Below are positions 25,401 to 37,481 of a DNA stretch of 64,000 bases, in pieces. Source of the stretch: Lama glama. Lineage: Eukaryota. The stretch covers positions 1,924,001 to 1,988,000 of the forward strand of contig CM052818.1 of NCBI GenBank assembly GCA_028534125.1, read 5' to 3'. Positions within the stretch are counted from its first letter, which is position 1; each line of letters starts with the position of its first letter. Made by a program: the position numbers and the translations under genes. Below the pieces are notes generated by a model that saw nothing but the letters and a program-made list of their open reading frames with translations, did not search any database and was not told the DNA's origin.

Positions 25401-26090
25401 ATAGCTACTTGATATCATATACAAAAATTAATTTTATTAAGTAATTAAATGTAAAACATCTTACCACGAAAGTACTGGAAAATACTTGCATAATCTTTCC
25501 ATATGAAACACCTTTTTAAGCATAACTGAAAACCTAAAAGTTATGAAATAAAACAATGTCAGATTTTATTAAACATTTCTTTCCAGTGAAAGACCTAAAT
25601 AGAATGTAAAAGAAAAATGCAAAACTGGAAATAATATTTATAACATACATACCAGAAGAAATCATTAATAATCATATTACATAAAGGACTTATATAAACT
25701 ATTGGTAACCCATAGAAAAATGGGCAAGGATTATGAAGAGCATTTTATAGAAATCAACACATATGAGAAAACATGCTCAACCTTACTAATAATCAAATAA
25801 ATTCAAATTAAAATATAAATGTATCAGTTTGATAGAAATGGTTAAGAGTATTAGTGTGAGTGCAAGTGTACATCGATACAAATTGTTAAGGAGAACTGAG
25901 TTTGCAATGTCTGTTGTCCCTTTTAGTCAGCAACTCCATTTCTGGAAACTTAACCTATAACAATATTTACAGAAATGCCCACAAGTTATATATAAGGATG
26001 TTTATATGTATGGTTTGTAATAAGGAAAAATTGGAAACAACCTGAAGTTTCATCAGTTAGGGACTGATGAAATTAATTCAAGCACTAAAT
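22500..26090 (+). mobile_element. Highly decayed L1 (ORF2 region)
   Basis: A-rich, with ORF2-like segments in order (ATCACAGATTGG..TGCTGTCTATAAGA; CAGGCCAGATGGTTTTACAAGTGAGTTCTA; AAATGGAGAGACATAGTATGTTCACGGATGG; TTGGAAACAACCTGAA). Confidence 0.75.
23870..23990 (-). mobile_element. L2-like 3' fragment embedded in the L1 region
   Basis: CAGTAAATACTTATTGTGTGCTGAATTCGTGCCAGGTACTG is an antisense L2 tail. Confidence 0.5.
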
Positions 26091-26389
26091 TGTGCAAATG
26101 TGTACAAGAAGAGTGAGGAACTGAGAGGAAAAATCTGGCAGCAACATAGTTCTGTGTTTGAGCGTCACATTCCTGATTCTGTAACCCAAAGGCCATACTG
26201 CACTTGAATACTAGGGAAGAACTTGGAGATCTAGCCTTAACTCTTTTGTTTTAAAGAAGAGGAATCTGATCCTGACAAATGTTGTTCATCTTCTGTTTAA
26301 AGCCCTTGATTGGAAACCTTGGTAAAACCAGTCTGACTCTCTGAAACCTACTTGTCATCAGAGAGCAGTCATCAAAGGGGACTGGGAAT

Positions 26390-26580
26390 GATGGATGGGT
26401 ATCAAAGGAGGCAGAGTTTAGTGTAATGAAGAAAACATTTGGGATTGACTGAAGGTGCCCTGGTGGGGTGACTACTGGGGAGCATTGCAGAGTAAATGTA
26501 GACGTTATTTGTGGAAGTTGGTTAATTGACCACCAAGGTCACGCCCACCCTTGAGATCTCATGATTCTATGGTTCTATCA
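26390..26580 (+). mobile_element. L3/CR1 3' end
   Basis: GGAGGCAGAGTTTAG... ending CCTTGAGATCTCATGATTCTATGGTTCTAT, the CR1/L3 tail repeat. Confidence 0.5.
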
Positions 26581-26949
26581 TTGGACTCATTTTTGTCCTT
26601 TGGAGAAACAGAGATTTAGCCTGATCTCTCACCTTAACACCCTTCAGGTAATTGTAGAGAACTCTCCAGTTCACTTCTAATGTTTTCTTCTTCAGGCTCT
26701 GCATCTCCAGTTCCTTTCTTTAAAAAAAACCATTTCTCATATATTATGACTTATTGGCTCTTCCTTCTCTTGTCCCACTTCCTTTGGTCAATTTTTTTTT
26801 TATCTTAAACTATGGAACCTAGAATTTAACCAAGAATTCCTGCTGTGGTCTAATATTTTCCTTCCTTGGGACATACAGTTCCTGATGGTCAAGTCCTAAG
26901 CTACTTGTTTGACTGCCATTTTATGTAGCTGGGTCATATTAGACTCACA

Positions 26950-27135
26950 GAAGGGCTGCGCTAATCTGTTGTGAGTTTATGTACTGCACAACTCTAGGGG
27001 GCTCTCTTTACAACAGATTGTAGATTTATATATTTCTTATAATAATTTTCCAGCAGATGGCAGTGAAGTGTCTGAGGAAGGGGGTGCCTTTTCTAATTCA
27101 TACAGAGACCTTCTGTGGACTAGAAATGACCCTGG
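26950..27135. mobile_element. MER91-like hAT element carrying a CTCF-like motif
   Basis: CTGCACAACTCTAGGGGG...ATAATTTTCCAGCAGATGGCAGTGAAGTGTCT...AAATGACCCTG. Confidence 0.55.
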
Positions 27136-27179
27136 ATCGTAGTCAATGAACGCAATAGACATATTTAATATGAGTATTC

Positions 27180-27640
27180 TGTCTTTATGGCAGACCCCCT
27201 AATATTCATCTTTTCCAATCTTCTTTCCTAACGAACCTCAGTTTTGTTCACATATCTACCCCTCCTGCATGTGACTCCAGGGAAGGCAATCCCTTAACTC
27301 CCCTCAGGGAATTCTTTGTTGTGGAGGGTGTTCTATACTTTGTAGGATGTTTAACAGCATCCTTGGCCTCTCTCTGCCCGCTAAATGCCGGTACCACATC
27401 CCTTCTCAGTTGTGACAACAAAAAAATGTCTCCAGACATTGTCAAATATCTCCAAAAACTAGCTCTCTGCCCCTCCGCACCACGCAATTGCTTGAGAATC
27501 ACTTTACTCTTGGAGAAGCAACACTTTCACACTACAGCCACTTTTCCTCTGTGTCTTTTGTTATAGGAGATGATAAATTGCCTTATGTATCTTGAATCAT
27601 GTATTTTTGTTACATGCAGCCCAAAGCATGCTCACTTATA
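27180..27640 (+). mobile_element. MaLR LTR (MLT1-like) remnant split by MER20
   Basis: 5' part AACCTCAGTTTTGTTCA and 3' end TTTTTGTTACATGCAGCCCAAAGCATGCTCACTTATA. Confidence 0.45.
27310..27503. mobile_element. MER20 hAT-Charlie transposon
   Basis: AATTCTTTGTTGTGG...TGTAGGATGTTTAACAGCATCCTTGGCCTC...GTTGTGACAACAAAAAAATGTCTCCAGACATTG...TGAGAATCACT. Confidence 0.85.
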
Positions 27641-29109
27641 AAAGGAATTACTGCTAACCATGTCAAACTCTCCCTGAGCTCATGTTATTGCTTTTATTTT
27701 TTTTACATAAATGAAAACTTTTTCACTACCTCCACTCACTTTGTTAGTCATAGCTTTAGCCCAAGTTCCAGTCTATCAAGAGACTGGAATCCCAGTTTTG
27801 TCATCTAAATTATTAGTTATCCCTCCCAGTTTGACATTCTTTGGAAATCTGATAAGCATGTCATAAATACTCTTGTCTGAGTTGCTGATGAAAAATATCT
27901 TATCGACATCTTTTATGTATAGTTGTTTAGCCAGTTACACATTTACCTAATGTATTGGCAGTCAACTCACATTTCGTTATCTTGCATACTAAGATTTCCA
28001 GAGAGGCTTTGTCAAATGGCTCACTAAAGCCAGGAGGAGCCATGGTCATAGTGGTCTCTAACCCATAAATCAAAAAACCAAGTGGAGGGAGACTTGGTTA
28101 TTTGGTGTGAGCTATTCATTCCTTGAGAACTCATGCTTATTGCAGAGTGATTTAGTGTGCAGAAACTGTCTGTTTTTCAGTCCATTCTGGTGTTCTGCTG
28201 GTAAGAAGTGTCACACTCATCAGTCTGCAATTCCCACATGCCGTCTATCTTGCCTACATGAAAAATATGCAACATCTGTCGGTCTCCTGTTTTGCAGCCC
28301 ATCTCTAGCTTTCTATGAAGTCTCAAATATTATCAACAATGGTTCAGGAATCACGTTTGCAAATGATACTTGATGCTCTGAGACTTAATTCATCTAAGAC
28401 ATGAATGCATTTAAAGTTAACCTCTTGTGCAAAAGAAGTTAAATAAAGGATCCTGTACACTCAACCAATACCACAGATGCAAAAGAGTATCTATTAAAGG
28501 CAGTGTTGATGGGCCTGATTAATAAGTACCATAAAGAGTTGTCAGGCTCCACCTCTGCATCCAAAACAGATCGCCAGGATGTTTGGTAAACTAAGAGGGA
28601 AACAGAACCCTTGGAGAGCCCCATGGACATGAGAAGGGATTCTGCTGAGAATGGGAAATAGAGAGAAATGAGTCAAGCCAGTTACCTCCAATGGGTTGGG
28701 TTGAATCCCTCTCTCCCCTTTCCCCGGATTAATCCCTTACCCCAACTTACTCCTGCAGCCTCCAGAGAGCCCTCACTGGTAGGAAACTGCAGTAACCACA
28801 GGGACCACTTAGCTGTCAGGAGTGAGCACCTGCAGCAGATGCCAGCCCCGGGGGATGAGCCAGAGCCAGCAGAAACAGCCATGTTGAGAAGTGAACCAAA
28901 GGGACCACACTGTGCGGCTCCCCTTGGCAGTGGGGAAATGGAGATCACATCACGGAGCTGTCCGCGTGCACCACGGAGGGACGCTGACTTCTCAGTCTGC
29001 ACCAGAAGGATGTCATGGGACCCGGTCTGCTGTGGAGGGGGAGCAGATTCGCAGTGACTCTCCTCCCCAGGATGGGCTCTCACTCCCCACCTGGGGGTCA
29101 CAATTAGGG

Positions 29110-29280
29110 GGCTAGAACCAGACTGACTGAGTTCAAACACCGGATCCAAATTACTAGCTGTGGGGCCTTGGACAAACCACTTAACTTCCCAAGTTTCACT
29201 CTCCTTGCTGGAAAACAAGATAGCACGCTTGGTGTGGTGACTGGCACACAGAATACAGGGACGTTAGCAACTGTCACCCT
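29110..29280 (+). mobile_element. MIR SINE
   Basis: GAGTTCAAACACC...TTACTAGCTGTGGGGCCTTGGACAAACCACTTAAC. Confidence 0.7.
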
Positions 29281-30689
29281 TAGACCATCTGCTTTGGAAA
29301 CTTCCTTCTCACAGAAGCTGTTGAGGAAGGAGAAGCCCAAGACATTCCAAGCTTGATTCTCAAACCAAGAGTTGGTCCTGGGGTTCATATAGTCCTGGTA
29401 GGCAGGGTTGGAGCTGGAATAGAACAGTGATTTCAAAGATTGAAGGGATTTTCTTTGTTGCTAGAAGTGGATTCTTGGATTCATTATTGGGCAACGGCCC
29501 TTCTGATTAAGCAAAGCAAAGGGAATGGATTTCCAAAGAGCTAAGTCTCTGCATAACAATCTTAACAAGTTATCTTGAACGAGAGTGATGGAGGTGGGGA
29601 GGGGTGGACAGAGGCACACCTGGGCAGAAACGCTGACTTCCTGTAAAGAAGTTCCTCTTTCACAACTCTGGATTAAGCTGTCTTTCTTGGTATAACATTG
29701 CTTGTTCTCAGGAGGCGTTTCTTGGAGGAGACCCTGAAGATGGCAGAAAGCCTGTGCAAGTCTGGTCAACACTATTGCTGGAGAAAAGAGGAAAAGGAGT
29801 GATGCTGGCTTTGCCTGGACTACTGAGAGTTCACAGATGTTATTTTTCAAGACTAAATAAGTCGGAGGTCGGGAAGCACCTTGATTTGTAACTCTGGGTT
29901 CAGGTATCTTTTAAGGGTCAAAGGGCAAGACCTTGTTCCCGTGGGTTGGGTCAGTTTGGGGTTTTCTTGAAGGAAGCTGATTTCTCATTGTCACTCATGC
30001 TTGCAAAAGATTAATCACAGGACTGGAAAATAAGAACTTGGTAGGTGGGCCTGGGAAGTGAGTGCGGGAAAACTGCCTCCTGGCTGCAGGCCTTGGGATA
30101 TGACTCATTTGGATCCTGGATTGGGCCATCATGTGAAAGCATCCTTCCTTTGGGGTAGACCTAGTGACAGGTAGCAGACCAGGGCAAGGCAGGGAGGCCA
30201 GCCTCTACCCCAGCAAGGAGGGCCAGTATCAAGAGAAAGAGGAGGGCAGTAATGAGTCCCTGTGAAGGGACCTGGGCCTGTGGACTCAAGGCAGCCATCG
30301 CTAACACTCAGTATAAACCCTTTGTGCAGCAATCTGCCCACCACAGCTTACCCCTCTGCCTGCTCGCGTTAGACTCTGTATCAACAGAGGAATGGCAGGA
30401 TGGTATTATTGCCACACTTGGGGAAGAGTTGGTTCCAGGAGAGCAGGAACATCTTAGGGAATGCTGATCTTGAGCCTACAAAGGCAGCATTCCGAAGAGC
30501 AAGCAGTGTTCCAGCCCCAGGTGACCCCTGGAGGCGGGAAGAACTCAGGAGGCATTTGATGAACACGTGAATATTCCCCGGGAAGTCCAGGCAGAGCTGG
30601 GAAGGGACGGGAGTGTAGAGTTCTATGAATCAGGGATTAAGGGGAAGCACAGCAGGTGTGGCTCCCTGAATCTGTAAAGCCTGGGGTGT

Positions 30690-30860
30690 CAGGGGATGCA
30701 ACTGTGTCACCTTCAGGTTGCGTGACTTTGTGCAAGTTATTTATTCTTGCAAGACTGTCTCTCCACTTGGAAAATGAAGATAATAACATTGACTACCTCA
30801 TAGGGTGCTTGTGAAATTAAGTGAGCTACAGTAATAACTCCATTCATTGTAGCTATAGAT
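30690..30860 (+). mobile_element. MIR SINE
   Basis: GTGACTTTGTGCAAGTTATTT...AAAATGAAGATAATAAC...ACCTCATAGGGTGCTTGTGAAATTAAGTGAG. Confidence 0.7.
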
Positions 30861-31834
30861 ACTAACCCCAGGAGTGCTGGACAAAGGGAATTAGTGTGCT
30901 AAGCAAAAACCATTACAACTGATTGCCAGGAGAGTTCACATCAGGTGCATAGACAGAACGGGTGCACTGAGAAGAGGAGGTCTTAGCTCAACACTGACAG
31001 AGATGAGGAAACAGCCCTGACCTAGTAATCTGATGCTCCGATAGGCCCCAGAAGCTCTCTGCAGCTGGAAACCAACAGAACTGGATCCTGCAGCAGCCTC
31101 TCAAGTTTTTAAATCTCACCCTCTCTAAGCAAAAATTGGCCCAGAGATGATTCAAAGGAGAGAGAGAGTGCTAACCCAGAAAACTACTGGAAATGGATGT
31201 TGAGGATTTTAGTACCAAGCTGCCTCGACCCATTCTTCTGAAGCTCAACTTTGGCAGAGGCAACAGAACAAGAAATCTACTTGGATCCCTCAATGGATAG
31301 TCAGTCACGCCTGTACCAAGGTGATTTGATACTGAGCTTCACGCTGACCCGGAAGCCATTCCCAGCCCTGCCTTGCCTGCCTCTCCTGGCTACTTCCGGC
31401 CAAGCTCCCCTTGGGGTTCCCTGAGCATCCTAGCTCCAACCACGGGCCCTGCTCACCACCCCCAGAGCTGTTCCCTACCCAGCTTTGGGGCCTTCCCTCA
31501 TGGGGTTACTGTTTTCTAAAAGATTCCCCACACCTGCACCCCCAAATAGGCTGAACTGGGAGTGAAGTGCCCCTCCTTGGCACTCCATTGCGCTTACCAC
31601 TGTCATATCGTTCTATATAATCACTGACTTTCTCATCTTTTCTCCTGCTGGAATGTTTGCTGTTTTGGGAGAATGAGCCACAGCATCTTCCTTTGTTCCT
31701 ATTTCTAGCCTGGTGCTTATTCCTGTTTCTAGCATGGTAAGCATTCTTTAAACATGAGCTCCATAAATTCCTGAGCAAATGAAATGAACTCAAGCATCGA
31801 GAAGTCAAAAACAGAAAAGGCATTCCTTAAGAAA

Positions 31835-32040
31835 TTGACTCCAGCATTGATTGAGCACCTACTGTTTGCCGGACATTCCTCCAAGCACTGGAGGCACAGT
31901 GGTAAACACTGGACCCCAAGCTCTGCCTCAGTGGGTGCAAATTCCTGTGTGGAGGCCAGAGAATAAGCGTATAGGTGGTGTGCGCTCAGTTGGCAATGTG
32001 TGTTATGAAAATAACAAAGCAAGGAAAGATGAGGGGAGCC
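31835..32040 (-). mobile_element. L2 3' end
   Basis: CAGCATTGATTGAGCACCTACTGTTTGCCGGAC is an antisense L2 tail. Confidence 0.65.
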
Positions 32041-32297
32041 ATAATGGTTGCACTGAGCATTTTCAAGACAAAAGTTTTAAGTAGAAATATGTTAAATGTT
32101 AAATATAAATAAAAAGAAGAGAAACAGCTCGATATTTTAGAAGCAAATAATGGAGTTCATAACCCTGGTTTAAATTTTTTTAATGTCTGAAATGATTAGC
32201 AAGACAGAAGATGAAAAAGAACTAATTTATTTAATCTTTCATAAAATGACTACAAAGTTACCATTTGGTCTTTGTCTTTTAAAGTCATTTCATTTCT

Positions 32298-32468
32298 TTT
32301 TTTTTTTTAAGTTTATTTTATTTTATTTATTTTTGGGAGGAGAGATAATTAGGTTCACTTATTTATTTGTTTATCTATTTAGTTTTTTAGAGGAGGTGCT
32401 GGGGATTGAACCCAGGACCTCATGCATGCTGAGTGTGTGCTCTACACACTGAGCTATACCCTCCCCCC
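32298..32468 (-). mobile_element. tRNA-derived camelid SINE (Vic-1-type) with 17-bp TSD
   Basis: The minus strand reads GGGGGAGGGTATAGCTCAGTG (A box)...GGTTCAATCCC (B box)...A-rich tail. A perfect TSD AAAGTCATTTCATTTCT lies at 32281-32297 and 32469-32485. Confidence 0.9.
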
Positions 32469-34474
32469 AAAGTCATTTCATTTCTCTATGCATGTACACA
32501 GGTAATTTTACATGAAGACGTGAACATGTTCCTTTTGCTTCCCTTTTTTGTTTGGCATCTCTTTTCCCATCTCATTCTCCCTTCTTCTTCTTCTTCTTCT
32601 TTTTTTTTTTGAGACACAATTCATGATTTATTATTTCTGTGTGGTAAAATAAAATTCAAACTTTTAATCTCATAGAAGGAAACTGAGTGCAAATCTTGGC
32701 TATAGAAATCTTTGCTACTCTGAGTTTAGCTACGTTCATTTCCCCTTCTGATAGCGCTCTAGTCCATCTTAGTGAGTTAGTATGGAACCTTCCATATTTT
32801 TCTCTATGCTAATGTGGCCATTTGCATATGAATGCACATACACACTCATATACAAAATAAAATTTTTTTGTTTCTGTGTCATTTTTTATAAAAATATAGA
32901 GAAAAAAGTATCTACTCTTTTCTACACTTTGCTCAATAAAACTTCATGTAAGTCCCTCCAGGGCAAAAGATGTATTTCTGATCCTACCTTTAAAAAACAG
33001 CTGCATAATATTCCACAGGGTGGTTGAATCATATTTTCTCAGCTATTCCCCTATTTATAGGCATTAATTTTGCTCCTAGTTTTTTTCCCCACAGTAACAA
33101 TGCTGCAATAAATGTCCTTAAATATACGTCCTATAAGGCTGGTAGTCTTAATGTTAAGACCAGACTCCCAGCCGTGAGAGCACTAGTTGGATATATATAT
33201 AGTTTAATTTCATAGGTTGCTTTTCATAACAGCTGTAACTTCTCACATTGCCATCAGCAACACGTTAGAGTTCCTTTTCCCCTACGTATCCTCTAGAAAT
33301 ACATGTTGTTGATGAGGTGACATTTCATTATTACTTTAATCTACATTTCTCAGTCTACCTGGTGATTCAGATTTTGTATTTAGGTTTTAGTAATTCAATG
33401 AATATAATTTTTAAGTAAACTTTTTATAGTAGCATAACATGTACGCAGAAAAGTACACAAACCCTAGTGTGTGGCTTAATGAAAAAAATCCTTAAAACCA
33501 GCATCCAGATCAAGAAATAGAAACACCACCAGCTCCCCAGAAGCTCCTTGGTGACCCCTAGCAGTCACTAGGCCAACTCCGTCGCCAAGGGAAATCACCA
33601 TTCTGACTTCCATCACCATAGGTAAGTTTTGCCCATTTTGGGAGTATCTATAAGTGAATCGTGGTCTATACTCTTACTCACATAGTCTATACTCTTGCCC
33701 AATATTATTTTGTGAGATTCAGCCGTATTGTTGCATGAAGCAGTAAATTTTTCACTCTCTTTGCTATAAATTTACATTCTGCAAATATACCACCATTTGT
33801 TCAATTGTTGATGAACATTTGGATCGTTTCCAGTCTTAACGATTATGAATCTTGCTGCCATGAGCATTTCGGTGCATGTCATGATATCCTGTTGATATAT
33901 ATCTAGCAGTGGAATTGCTAGACTGTAGATGTATCCCTGCAGTCACTTTCGGCAAATACTGGCGAGGATCTACTGCCAAGGACCACTGCCAAAAACGATC
34001 CTTACGAATTTACACTACCCCAGCAGTATTTGAGAGTTCTAGTTGCTCTACGTCTTTGCAAGTATTTTTATCTTTATAATTTTAGCCTGTTGGGTGTGTT
34101 TTTAATTTGCATTTCCCTGATGATTAATGATGTAGCACAATTTTTCATGTTTATCGGCTTCTTTGCATGCCTATTTAAGTCTTTTTCTCTAGTCGTTTAT
34201 CTGTCTTTTGTGATTTACAAGAGTTCTGTAGAAATTCTGGAAAGATGCTCTTTGCCATCTGTGTCAGGTATCTGTATTTTAAATGTCTCCTCCCTCTTTG
34301 TTGCTTGTCTCCTCTCTCTCTTAATGGTGTTTTTTGACGAATAGAAGTTCTCAATGTTAACATAGTCTGACTTACCATTTTTTTCCTACTGTACTTAGTG
34401 CTTTTTTGTGCTGTTTAGGAAATCTTTGCTTATTGCAATATCATGAACACATTCTCCTGTGCTGTCCTCTGGAA

Positions 34475-35262
34475 CAATGTTTCTCAACCTTTATTCCATT
34501 ATCACCTGTGACAAACACTCTAAGGTGGACCCCATAATCCTTCCTTCCTGGTACTTACGCCCTTGTGTAGTCCCCTCCCCTCGAGAGCAGTCCCCTCCCC
34601 TCAAATCTCCTCCCCTGTGACTTGCTTCCAGTCCATAGAATACAGCAAAGGTGATGGGCTGTCACTTCCACTATTATGTTACAAGTGATTGCTAGGGGAC
34701 TGTCCTGGGCTAGTTTTGAGGAAGTAAGCTTCCACATTATAGGCTTCCGAAGGAGAAGAGCCATGTAGCAAGGAAGTGAGGGTACCTACTAGATGACAGC
34801 TAGGAAGAAATTGAAGTCCTTGGTCCCAAACCCTGCAAATAAATGAGTTCCTCCAATAACGATGTGAACTTGGAAATGCATCCTTCCCCAGGCAAATTTT
34901 CAGATGACCCAGCTCTAACCAGTGCCTTAACTGCAGTCTTCTAGGGACCCATCTAAGCCATGCCCAGAATCCTGGCCCACAAAAACTGACAGACACGTGG
35001 CTTTAAGCCACTAAGTTGATGGTAGTAGTATTATGCGGCAACAGATAACAAAAATATCACCCCCCCAAAAGGCGACCTCTGACATTTTTCCCCTAATCAT
35101 CACCTTCAACTCCACCGTGCAACTTTAATACTACACTACACATCTGTTTATGTACTATATGTATATCTGTGCTTTACACATAAAAAATATTTTTTTCACC
35201 CCTAGGGAACCATTTTCACCCTCCCCCAGAGGCAATATATCACCCTTGTTGAGAATGCACAC
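34475..35262. mobile_element. hAT-type MITE interrupted by an MLT1 LTR
   Basis: Inverted ends CAATGTTTCTCAAC ... GTTGAGAATGCA; subfamily uncertain. Confidence 0.55.
34507..35056 (+). mobile_element. MLT1F/G-like MaLR solo LTR with 5-bp TSD
   Basis: TGTGAC...CTCTAAGGTGGACCCC...GCCACTAAGTT...CAGATAAC. TSD TCACC at 34502-34506 and 35057-35061. Confidence 0.8.
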
Positions 35263-35264
35263 AA

Positions 35265-35463
35265 TGGCATGGGCAACATAAAACCTACCACCAGTTTTGA
35301 AAATTAAGTCTTATTGAACACAGCCGTGCGTGTGCATTAACATATTGACTATGGCTTCTTTGGCACCATAATCGCAGAGCTGAGTGGTGGCAACAGAGAC
35401 CAAATAGCCAGCAAAGAATTATTTACCATCTAGCCCTTTCTAGAAAATATTTGCCATCCACTA
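35265..35463. mobile_element. MER58A-like hAT transposon
   Basis: TTATTGAACACAGCC...GCAGAGCTGAGTGGTGGCAACAGAGACC...TTTACCATCTAGCCCTTT...TTTGCC. Confidence 0.75.
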
Positions 35464-37481
35464 CACTGGAAGTTTTATCATTTTATCTTTCGCATTTAGA
35501 TCTACAATCCACTTGGAATTTAATTTTTGCCTATGATATTAGGTAAAGGCCAAGGATCTTTTCATTTTCCACATGAATTTCCCACTTGCCCAGCATTACT
35601 TACTGAAAAGCCATCCTTTCCCCGCTGCATGGCAGTGTGATGACTGTGTATCCGTGGGTCTCTTTGTGAGTGGGGCATAATTTGGAGACAACTGGTATCT
35701 TTCCAATATTGAGCTTTCTAATTGTTGACATGATATATACTTCCATTCATTTATCTTTTAAGTAATGATGTTCACATTTTTATTGTGGAGGTCTTATACA
35801 CATTTTGTTAGATTAAGTCCTAGGCATTTGATTTTTTTGATCAGTCATAAATAGTATCATATAATCATTTTTACTCTTCAATTATATGCTGCTAGTATAT
35901 AGAGGTACAATTTATTTTCCTGTATTAATTTTGTTTTTAGTGACTTTGTTAAATTTGCTATTAATTATAATACTTCACCCACAAATTGTTCCTGACTTTC
36001 TCTGAGCACAGTCCGGTCACCTGTGAATAATGACATTTTAATTTCTTCTTTTTTAATTTTCAAAACGTTTTATTTATTTTTATTTTCGCCTTGGCACATT
36101 GACTAAAATCGTTAGTAAACGTTAAATAGAAGTAATAGCAGATATCTTTGTCTTACTCCTGATCCCAAGGGGACGGCTTTCAATATTTCATCAAGTTCGA
36201 TGTTTGCTGTTGAGTCATTTGTCGATACTATTTATCAGATTAAGTTCCCTTCTATTCCTGGTTGCTAACAGTTTTTATTTATTTATTTTATCATGAACAT
36301 GTATGCTGAGCTTTATAAAATCTTTTTCTACATGTACTGAGATAATCATTTTCTTTTTCTTCTCAGTTATAATTAATGTAGTGAATTACATTGCTTGAGT
36401 TTTTGAATGTTAAACTAACCTTTCACCTTGCATTCCTGGAGTAAACTGAACTTCGTTTTTTATACACATCACTGGATTCACTTTGCTATAATTTATTTTT
36501 GCATCTATCTTCATAAAACAACTTGGAATGTGCTTACTCTTTTTTTTCATTTTTTTTTTTAGAACAGTTTATAAAACATTGGTGTTATTTCTTCTTTAAA
36601 TGTTTGGTGAAACCTCTGGATGATAGCTTTCTTTGTGTAAAGTGTTCAAATTACAGATTCAATGTTTAAAATACATGCGGTATTATGCAGATGCTCTGTT
36701 TCTTCTTATGTCCCCTTTGGTAAGTTATATAAGCAAGCTGTGTGTTTAATTGAAATTAAATTTGGGGGGACATAAAGTTGTTCATAATACGAGCTCATTA
36801 CCTTTTTAATGCCTATAAAAGCTGTAATAAAGTACCTTTTTAATGGTTGAATGAGTAATTTGTATGCTTCACTTTTTCATAAATAAGTTTTGCGAAGATT
36901 TTATTCATTTTATTAGGCTTTTGAAAGAGAGAACTCTTGTTTATTTTCTCTATTGTATGTTTGTTTCCTCTTTCATTGATTTCTGCCTTCATCTTTGTAT
37001 TTCTTCTATTTAAAACTTTTGGTATTTAATTTGCCTTTGCTTTCCTAAGTGCTTGAGATGGGGACTTAGTCCTTTAATTTTCAGCCTTCTTTTTTAATAT
37101 ATGCATTAATACTATCGATTTCCCTTGAAGTCCAATTTTAACTGCATTCCACAAAAATTCAGTTAATTTTTTTCTAATTTGTGTTACTTCCTTTTTGAAT
37201 CATGAATTATTTTGATACATATAACTCAATTTTACAGTTTTTTCCCTTTTGTTACTGATTTTTAACTTAATGCCACATTGATCAAGAACATATTCTGTCT
37301 TATTCCATTTTTTGAAATTTGCTGAGCCCTGTGTTATAGCCCAGCGTTTTTGGAAAATATTCTGTATGAGCTTCTAAAAATGTGAATTCTGAATTTCTTT
37401 GGTACAGTGAACTTCATATGCCAATTAGGTCATGTTTATTAATCACATTATTCAAATTTTCTATATTCTTATTGTTTTTTC

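Larger units (their letters stand above)
26585..28400 (-). mobile_element. L3/CR1 LINE remnant interrupted by MER91, MLT1 and MER20
   Basis: TTCTTCAGGCT...CCAGTTCCTT and TATCCCTCCCAGTTTGACATTCTTTGGAAATCTGATAAG, the antisense of the CR1 RT FADD-KL region. Confidence 0.6.

Noticed and set aside
28660..29090. Possible LTR or exon-like GC-rich segment
   Set aside because: I could not identify LTR termini, a family match or a convincing splice-site pair.
32395..32468. tRNA-like sequence with A and B boxes
   Set aside because: It is the head of a SINE with an A-tail and 17-bp TSD, not a tRNA gene.
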